Source: an uncultured Candidatus Saccharibacteria bacterium
GTDB taxonomy: Bacteria > Patescibacteriota > Minisyncoccia > Phycocordibacterales > UBA9973
Assembly (NCBI GenBank): GCA_964532495.1
Contig: CAZHJZ010000002.1
Location: 1,693 to 65,692 of the forward strand
Length of the DNA: 64,000 bases
Direction: 5' to 3'
Part shown: positions 56,057 to 64,000 of the stretch, piece after piece
Position numbering within the stretch: the stretch's first letter is position 1
Layout of the letters: every line of letters begins with the position of its first letter
Position numbers and translations under genes: made by a program
Notes under the pieces: model-generated
What the model saw: the letters and a program-made list of their open reading frames with translations, nothing else
Databases searched by the model: none
What the model was told of the DNA's origin: nothing

Positions 56057-58023
56057 TGGGATGGTTCCGAAACTGGTAACTGATCAGATTGGTTACTTTC
56101 AGTCGGCGGTGCGACTTCCGTCCCTGTAGCAGAATCCACTGAGGCATTTTCTGAGACTTCAGGTACTTCTGGAACTGAAACTTCTGGAACGGGAACTTGA
56201 ACTTCTGAAACTGGTACTTCTGGAACTGGATTGGATACCTGCTGGGATGAATGCAGCTGTGATTGTGAACTTAAAATCTCATCCACTTGTGAACGGTCAA
56301 GGCATGTTTCTCCGTTCGCATCCGCTACACAGATTTTTTCAGTAGTGAGCTTGTGTGCAAAGATATTTTGGATACCATTCCCTGCACTGCTCAACCACGT
56401 TGCTACTTGAGAAATCAATGAATCTGCACTGAGGTTTGAAGAGCTCTCTAGATGCTTTATTTTAATATCAAGTTCTCGAACCGCTTCTACTAAAAGTGGT
56501 GTCACTCCTGCGTAGTTTGCCTGCAAATAGCCATTTGGCGCTGTTGAAACAAGTTGTGGATAGATGGACTGCAGGTTTTGTGCAATAAATCCGATGTGTG
56601 TATCGCTATCTTGCCCCTCTTTCCAATTATAAGTCACTGTTCTCAGTTGCGTGAGTGTTTCGAGGGTTGAAGGTGGTAAATCAGTAATATTTTTTTTCAA
56701 TCGTTCATCAGAAGAACAAGAGATACCTGCTCCTGATGTCGTGTTGACACTACATGAGGTGAAACCGCTACCGGTAATCACCATATCGTTGATTGGATAC
56801 AAAGTTGAACCGATAACCATTTGATTGCTTGCGGTTATCTGTGCCGCGCGGCCAATAGCTATAGAAGCGTTGAGGCCAGGTGCACTTGCAGCAGAGTCTG
56901 ATCCAATAAAGATATTATTACTCCCGGTTTCATTGTTTGCTCCAGCAGTGTCACCCAGTGCTACGTTAAATGAACCCGATGTATTGTTTTGTCCTGCCAA
57001 TGCTCCAAGAAACATGTTGTTTGACCCGAGACTATTCAATTTTCCCGCCTGATAACCAATAATGACATTTGAAAATGGAGAGGTAGTGTTTGCGCCGGCT
57101 TCATAACCAAGCATTACTGAGTTTCCGCCAGTAAGAGTTGAACCTGCCCCCCAGCCAATCAAAGTATTGGCTCCTTGTGCGTCCTGGCTCGTACCTGCGA
57201 ATGCGCCAATAGAGACTGAACGCTGATAGGTTGCCCCTACAGCGCCTATGCCCGCCTGCTTACCAATAGAAATGTTGTCTGTGCCGGAAGTGTTTTTTCC
57301 AGCTGAAAGTCCAATGTTAAGTTTTCCTGCAAAAGAAATATCGAGTATGTTATCAGTTGTTGTTGATCCAAAAGTAAAGCTGCGTGCTACGTCATCAAGT
57401 AAAAATCTCGTACCATTCGCAGCAATATTTGTATCACCGAGAGAAACAGTTCCAGTAGTTCGGCCAATAATTGTTTGAGCAGTGTCATTCACTTCAATCA
57501 ATGTACTATTTCTTTGATCATCTATATCACCAAGCTGAACAAGATCATCTGGCACATGAACGAAAAATGAAGAATACTGGCCGTCATTTACCCCGAAATC
57601 AACCGCGGTTGCACCTACAGTAGAAGCACCGTCATCAAGGTACAAAACTGTCCCATTTCCAGCACTATTGACATCTCCTGCAAAAAACGTACTCGTTGCG
57701 GTATCAATTGTAGTAGCTTTTGTCGCCGCATCTCTCATAAAACCAGCATCGCCGAATACGTTTCCTGAATTATCTGTATACAGCACTTGATCTGCTGCGC
57801 CTCCGATTATTTTTTGTCCAATATAAATACCCGAATTCTGAAAGCAATTTAATGAACCTGGCGCGCAACCCGGTTGAAGAATACTATCGCCAGCATTATA
57901 TCCTCCGCTTGGAGGAAGCGTCCCATCGGCCAGCTGTGCTGAAAATACGACCACTCCATATCCTAGGACGGAGAGAATAGTGACACAAACAGCAAGCAGC
58001 TTCTTATGAGGAATGAGTGTCAT
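56053..58023 (-). CDS. secreted tail-fibre-like protein with C-terminal intramolecular-chaperone (peptidase S74-like) motif, paralog 2
   Basis: 656 aa; signal peptide; AQLADGTLPPSGGYNAGDSILQPGCAPGSLNCFQN; Gly/Asn/Thr repeats; ...GAGISCSSDERLKKNI...; coiled coil; C-terminal (PEVxV)n repeats. Confidence 0.6.
   Translation of the reverse strand: MTLIPHKKLLAVCVTILSVLGYGVVVFSAQLADGTLPPSGGYNAGDSILQPGCAPGSLNCFQNSGIYIGQKIIGGAADQVLYTDNSGNVFGDAGFMRDAATKATTIDTATSTFFAGDVNSAGNGTVLYLDDGASTVGATAVDFGVNDGQYSSFFVHVPDDLVQLGDIDDQRNSTLIEVNDTAQTIIGRTTGTVSLGDTNIAANGTRFLLDDVARSFTFGSTTTDNILDISFAGKLNIGLSAGKNTSGTDNISIGKQAGIGAVGATYQRSVSIGAFAGTSQDAQGANTLIGWGAGSTLTGGNSVMLGYEAGANTTSPFSNVIIGYQAGKLNSLGSNNMFLGALAGQNNTSGSFNVALGDTAGANNETGSNNIFIGSDSAASAPGLNASIAIGRAAQITASNQMVIGSTLYPINDMVITGSGFTSCSVNTTSGAGISCSSDERLKKNITDLPPSTLETLTQLRTVTYNWKEGQDSDTHIGFIAQNLQSIYPQLVSTAPNGYLQANYAGVTPLLVEAVRELDIKIKHLESSSNLSADSLISQVATWLSSAGNGIQNIFAHKLTTEKICVADANGETCLDRSQVDEILSSQSQLHSSQQVSNPVPEVPVSEVQVPVPEVSVPEVPEVSENASVDSATGTEVAPPTESNQSDQLPVSEPSQ
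56150..56235 (-). repeat. imperfect 15-18-nt tandem repeats (coding, PEVPVSEV low-complexity tail of fibre protein 2)
   Basis: repeated (u)acuucuggaac(u/g)g(a/g)a units. Confidence 0.5.
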
Positions 58024-58067
58024 AGTAATATTGAACTAGTATACCAATAAAATACCTTGCAGCGCAA

Positions 58068-58098
58068 TAAAAAAACGCCCACTCAAGGGCGTTTTTTT
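58068..58098 (-). terminator. rho-independent terminator between regulator gene and fibre gene
   Basis: AAAAAAACGCCC-acucaa-GGGCGUUUUUUU. Confidence 0.8.
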
Positions 58099-58100
58099 AT

Positions 58101-59129
58101 TTAAGCTGCAGAGTAGAGTCCCTGCTTGTTCTTTTTGAAATATTTTGGGTTCTGGAGGTTAACGAGGATCGTATTCTTCTTGAGGTATCGTTCCTTCATT
58201 ACGCGATCAACGACATCATCTTTTGAAAGCGGTCCTTCCTTCTTGATGATTTCGGCGATAACATCCCGGACAACACCAGCCTTGTATCCCCATTCAGCAA
58301 GGGCGTAGATGCCGCGGCCGACGAGAATGAATCGCTTGTCTTTAATGAGCTCGTTGTGGCAAGTAGCAGTGTGAGTTTTCTTGCCGAATGTAGCTTCGAT
58401 TGCCTTTGCAACTTCACGGAAGTGCATAGGTGAACCATGCTTTCGCATAACGAGATATGCATAGTCTTTTACTCCGCGAGTCTTTACGTTCTGAGATTCT
58501 GACTTGCCCCATTCGCCCAACGGATTGCGTGACAATTTCTTTGACATTCCAAGCCATCGCTTTGCAACCTCTTCAGTCTTGTATTCAGCGTTCACTTCTT
58601 TCAAGTGTTCGAGGAATCGGCCGATAAGTTCGCTTTCTGGAACGAGTTCGTCGCTTGAAAGTCCTTCGTAAAGTTTCTTGAGTGAGCCATGGACGATATC
58701 AGCGAGGGCTCCGTCGATAGACCAGCGAGCCTTGAAGTGCTCGTCTTCTTTGTGTTTCAAAAATGCGTCAGAGAGAACGAGGTAGAAGTGGAGGTGGTTC
58801 TGAGTAGCTTCATCTTTCGCAATCATCGGAAGAAGTTCTTCTTCGGCAATAAGCGCACCCAATTCACGGACAACGTTTCGAAGTTCTTCGAACGTATCAG
58901 TTTCAGATTTGTATTCGCCTGACTTTCGAATGGCGTTCAGCGCAGTTGCTTCGATTTGGCGAACACGTTCGCGAGTAATGTTATATGCATCTCCGATCGC
59001 TTCAAGCGTCTTTCGCTCGGAACTCTCTCCGAGTCCAAAACGTGAGACGATGACGTCGTACGAACGGTCCTGAAGCGGTGAAAGAATTCGCTTGGTGACC
59101 TGTTTGGGCTTAAATGTAATTTTTGGCAT
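58101..59129 (-). CDS. DNA-binding protein with N-terminal sigma-70 region-4-like HTH and C-terminal HARE-HTH domain
   Basis: 342 aa; DVIVSRFGLGESSERKTLEAIGDAYNITRERVRQIEATALNAIRK (sigma70 r4.2-like) and ...GSPMHFREVAKAIEATFG...DKRFILVGRGIYALAEW (HARE-HTH pattern as in RpoE-delta N-terminus). Confidence 0.5.
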   Translation of the reverse strand: MPKITFKPKQVTKRILSPLQDRSYDVIVSRFGLGESSERKTLEAIGDAYNITRERVRQIEATALNAIRKSGEYKSETDTFEELRNVVRELGALIAEEELLPMIAKDEATQNHLHFYLVLSDAFLKHKEDEHFKARWSIDGALADIVHGSLKKLYEGLSSDELVPESELIGRFLEHLKEVNAEYKTEEVAKRWLGMSKKLSRNPLGEWGKSESQNVKTRGVKDYAYLVMRKHGSPMHFREVAKAIEATFGKKTHTATCHNELIKDKRFILVGRGIYALAEWGYKAGVVRDVIAEIIKKEGPLSKDDVVDRVMKERYLKKNTILVNLQNPKYFKKNKQGLYSAA

Positions 59130-59234
59130 TTGTGTTGTTTATAACTTATTTCACTACTAATAAATTTGTGTTACTCCAGTTTACCATAAGATAATATTAA
59201 GTCAAATTTCTTATTGGCCCTTACATTATAAGGC

Positions 59235-61013
<1,779 letters not shown>

Positions 61014-61107
61014 AATTAAATAAAATGCTGGTTACTACAAATAAAAAATGCCTGACGGGCATCAAAAGTTATATGAATATAGTAGCACAGATTTTTAGAA
61101 TAGGCAA

Positions 61108-61146
61108 TAAAAAATCAGCACGCCCGGTTGCCCAGTGCATGCTGAT
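61108..61146 (-). terminator. rho-independent terminator downstream of purM-like gene
   Basis: AUCAGCA(C)...(GUGC)aUGCUGAU hairpin followed by UUUUUUAUU on minus strand. Confidence 0.5.
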
Positions 61147-61172
61147 GGTTGGATGCGCGCTTACGCTCAAAA

Positions 61173-62432
61173 TTATCTCGTAAACGAAAGCCACTTATTG
61201 TCTTCTCTCTTTATAAGCAAAACTTTTTTTGCCATATTTTTATTTTCCTCTACACGGCCGATAACATCAGTATGTATACCTAGTTCGCGAGATTGTTGGA
61301 TAAATTCCCGTGCCAGGCCATTATCGCTAAAATATACTTCTTTTAAAACCCCTACATTTGTTGTTTCATGTAGTTCCCTTTCCGAAATTTTTCCGGCTTT
61401 CTGGTATGCACGGAAAACGGGAGGGATAAGCCCTAAATTGTGAAGTGAATTTTTAACAACTTTTATTCCAGGTTGTACGTAACCTAAAACTTTAGTTTGG
61501 CCACCGCCGCTGTTATGGATTATCCCTGTTATTTTCTTTCTGTTTTTAGGAGAAAGGTCATCCAGGAAACTTTTAAACAACGGGGCGCATACTCGAGTCG
61601 GCGATGTTAGTACCTTGCCAAGCGATTCTGCGCCAATAAGCATATCTTCCACGGAATATTTTCCGCGAAAAATCAGTTTTTTATACTTTTTGTCGGTAAC
61701 CTCAGGGGCATACGTCTCAGGAAACTTAGTTTTATACTCAGAATGGAGAAAGCCGTGGCGAAAACCGGTAAAACCGTTTGATGCCGGGCCATAATTCTCT
61801 TCTTCTTCCCATTCAGTTTGGCCATGCGATGCAAGTCCTACTATAATATTGCCCGGGGCAATTCTTTCAGTAGTAATTACATCAGTTTTCTTTATTCTGG
61901 CAGTAACCGACATATCAACTGTTACCGTACGAACTTGGTCCGCAAGGTCTGCAGTCTCTCCGGTTCGATAATCTATTAGAATGCCGAATTTTTTCATATG
62001 CTCGCAAAATGCTTTTGCTCCGGCAATAATCTCATTAATTACTTCGCCAGGAATAAAAAACTTGTTGCGGTTTATAAACATCACGGCTATGTAGGGACCA
62101 GTAACTCCTGATGCCACCATATCGTTTATGTTCATTGCCATTGCATCTATTCCTACGCCGCGCCAAACTCTAATATCTCCTGTTTTCTTCCATAGCAGGT
62201 AGGCAAAAATTGATTTGGAACCGCTGCCGTCTCCATGGCTGCAAGTTACATAGTTTGGGTCACCTGCAAGGTCTAATCCAAATTTACAAAAACAGTACGG
62301 TATTTCACCTTCGCCAAGCTGGGCAACGGCTTTATGTACTTCTTTTTTGCTTGTACTTACTCCAAGTTGCTGGTAAGTTGACTGCGGATTCTTGAGGCGC
62401 TTACGCCTCGTAGTGTTGAGAACAAGTGGCAT
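61173..62432 (-). CDS. purM: PurM-family protein (AIR synthase-like; phosphoribosylformylglycinamidine cyclo-ligase-like, with extended C-terminus)
   Basis: 419 aa; N-terminal block order YQQLGV.., CSHGDGSGSKS (DGVGTK-like), VGIDAMAMNINDMV (IGIDLVAMCVNDLV-like), TGETADL (GGETAEM-like). Confidence 0.65.
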   Translation of the reverse strand: MPLVLNTTRRKRLKNPQSTYQQLGVSTSKKEVHKAVAQLGEGEIPYCFCKFGLDLAGDPNYVTCSHGDGSGSKSIFAYLLWKKTGDIRVWRGVGIDAMAMNINDMVASGVTGPYIAVMFINRNKFFIPGEVINEIIAGAKAFCEHMKKFGILIDYRTGETADLADQVRTVTVDMSVTARIKKTDVITTERIAPGNIIVGLASHGQTEWEEEENYGPASNGFTGFRHGFLHSEYKTKFPETYAPEVTDKKYKKLIFRGKYSVEDMLIGAESLGKVLTSPTRVCAPLFKSFLDDLSPKNRKKITGIIHNSGGGQTKVLGYVQPGIKVVKNSLHNLGLIPPVFRAYQKAGKISERELHETTNVGVLKEVYFSDNGLAREFIQQSRELGIHTDVIGRVEENKNMAKKVLLIKREDNKWLSFTR

Positions 62433-62596
62433 ATAGTTTTCTTTTTGTTGGTTAAAAAATGTGTTTCTTTAGATTTGAATTTATTACTCCAACACTACCA
62501 CGCTATATTCGTACGTCAATGATTTGACTTACTTCAAAAAGTGTTCTATTGTTTGCGTAATCATTTTTTTTTACCACCCAATAAAACCAACCCGTT

Positions 62597-63205
62597 ATGC
62601 AGTACAGCTACACCCCGGTTTCCCGTCAAGACAAATTTGTTGATGACGCAAAAACATTACTGGCATTTTTTATGTACCTTCTTATTCCCGAAATCTTACT
62701 GCTGCCATTTAAAGAGTACAGAGATGACAAGGTAACGAAGGAAATTGCTGCCAGCAAAGCAGAAGAAAAACAAGCTGAGCTACAAAAAATAAAGCGAGCG
62801 AATGACGCCCGCCTTGCATTGATTACCAGGATTGAAGATAGTGTTTTTCCACAATGGAATGACATGCTCACTCTGATAGTAGAATGTTATGGAATTAATT
62901 TCCCCGATGGCGATGTTGGCGCGATGATTAAGCGCAAAATATTAGCAGCAAGCTTTAGTGAAATTATTACGGTGACCGACACGAATATTTTGGGTAAATA
63001 TCCTTACTTTAAAAATTCGCTTTCTTTGCTTGAACACGTATACACAGATGAAACAGACGGACACTACTGCGCGCAGCTGATTGCGGCAGTACAAAAGAAC
63101 GTTGATGAATGTATTAGCAAAAACAAACACTGCACCGGCTATGGTAAAATCATTGCAACAATGAAAGACAAATGCCCTACAGTATTTGCACAGCTAAAAA
63201 TATAA
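62597..63205 (+). CDS. hypothetical protein
   Basis: 202 aa, one hydrophobic segment, Cys-containing C-terminal region; own promoter region and terminator. Confidence 0.35.
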   Translation: MQYSYTPVSRQDKFVDDAKTLLAFFMYLLIPEILLLPFKEYRDDKVTKEIAASKAEEKQAELQKIKRANDARLALITRIEDSVFPQWNDMLTLIVECYGINFPDGDVGAMIKRKILAASFSEIITVTDTNILGKYPYFKNSLSLLEHVYTDETDGHYCAQLIAAVQKNVDECISKNKHCTGYGKIIATMKDKCPTVFAQLKI

Positions 63206-63231
63206 CAGGCACACGGGCCATTTTATAAAAC

Positions 63232-63263
63232 AAAAACGTTTCTCAAGTGAGAAACGTTTTTTT
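63232..63263. terminator. bidirectional rho-independent terminator
   Basis: AAAAACGUUUCUC-aagu-GAGAAACGUUUUUUU. Confidence 0.8.
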
Positions 63264-63265
63264 AT

Positions 63266-64000
63266 TTACCTCATGACTAGTTTGGCAATGTCGTGATATG
63301 TCACCAGCAGCATGAGCGCGATGAGTATAAAGAATCCTACTGTGTTTAAAATGTTAGTGACTTTTGTGGGCAATGGACGGCGGATGATGGTTTCGATGAT
63401 AACGAACAGGAGTCGTCCTCCATCGAGAGCTGGGAAAGGGACCAAATTGATCACCGCGAGAGACAGTGAAATGAGGGCAGCAAAGAGGATGACATATTCC
63501 GCACCAAGATGAGCGGCGTTCCCTACCATGTTCACCATGCCAACTGGGCCAGATACAGCATCAAAGCTTACCTTGCGAGTTATAAGATCTCCCAGACCCT
63601 GCACAGTTTCCTTGATCAAATAGACGCTGGAATGGAATCCCTGAACAATTGCTTGTCCAAACGAGAGTTTGATGTGCCCAGTAAGAGAAGGTGTGATACC
63701 GATCATATATGCAGAGGTGCTCTTACTCAATGCGGGTGTAATTTGTATAGTCTGGAGTTTTGCATCTCGATCAATATTGAAATCAAGTGGCACGCCTCCG
63801 CTTGCGCGTATGAATGCGGTAAGATTTTGCGGAGTATTCTTTTCGAGAACTGCGCCGTCTGTAGTTCGAGTTACTTTTTGGATGATATCGCCAGAACGAA
63901 GCGAGGCGGCATCTGCAGGTGTTCCAGGTGCAACGCTTTCAACCAACAAATGAGTGTTGCCGAGATAGCGAGCTGGAAGTGATTCGTCAAAAATAATAGT
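63266..64000 (-). CDS. rseP: RIP metalloprotease RseP (site-2 protease), C-terminal part; N-terminus lies beyond window end
   Basis: PDZ domain (GTPADAASLRSGDII) and C-terminal TM with ...FPALDGG... motif. Confidence 0.75.
   Translation of the reverse strand, partial: TIIFDESLPARYLGNTHLLVESVAPGTPADAASLRSGDIIQKVTRTTDGAVLEKNTPQNLTAFIRASGGVPLDFNIDRDAKLQTIQITPALSKSTSAYMIGITPSLTGHIKLSFGQAIVQGFHSSVYLIKETVQGLGDLITRKVSFDAVSGPVGMVNMVGNAAHLGAEYVILFAALISLSLAVINLVPFPALDGGRLLFVIIETIIRRPLPTKVTNILNTVGFFILIALMLLVTYHDIAKLVMR

Noticed and set aside
56150-56235. CRISPR array
   Set aside because: The only tandem repeats in the window are short, imperfect, in-frame coding repeats inside a fibre-protein gene. 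No repeat-spacer architecture and no cas genes (the Cas2-like domain at 36784-37314 is fused to a wHTH and has no array nearby).

Overview
This 64-kb window is densely coded (about 90%) and almost entirely on the minus strand. The gene content looks like a reduced, Patescibacteria/CPR-like genome, although that lineage call is inference. The standard genetic code applies: long ORFs are intact and the release factor is RF1-type. Recognisable core blocks are: (1) an F-type ATP synthase operon, atpZ-atpB-atpE-atpF-atpH-atpA (atpA runs off the 5' edge), followed by tRNA-Ile(GAU), prfA and rpmE. (2) A carbohydrate/pentose-phosphate neighbourhood: class-I aldolase-like gene, transaldolase, PfkB kinase, a split transketolase, rpe-like gene, rpiB and gap. 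(3) gatB, obg, the grpE and dnaK genes, and the ribosomal cluster infA-[insert]-rpmJ-rpsM-rpsK-rpsD-rpoA-rplQ plus rplM-rpsI. (4) alaS (short form), mnmA, mltG, typA and a partial rseP at the 3' edge. Features the ORF track does not explain: (a) a family of three roughly 80-nt structured RNA elements (4765-4846, 19939-20016, 34509-34590) that share a GNNA-looped hairpin followed by conserved blocks. Their helices show compensatory base changes between copies, and two of the hairpins engulf the stop codon of the upstream gene. (b) A GC-rich, roughly 109-nt plus-strand RNA candidate (7319-7427) closed by a 26-bp helix. (c) Two paralogous secreted 'tail-fibre-like' proteins carrying a C-terminal phage-type intramolecular-chaperone (peptidase S74, SDERLK) motif. 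One of them sits in an operon behind a sigma-region-4/HARE-HTH fusion regulator. (d) An AT-rich J-domain protein gene inserted into the conserved infA-rpmJ junction. (e) A small wHTH + Cas2-like (PaaX-like) regulator lying between grpE and dnaK. (f) A single-chain 1277-aa PurL and a PurM-family protein in an otherwise streamlined context. (g) A relic duplicate of the gap 3' end flanking a small ORF. (h) An AT-rich orphan gene with its own strong promoter and terminator. No CRISPR array, rRNA, transposase or integrase was seen.
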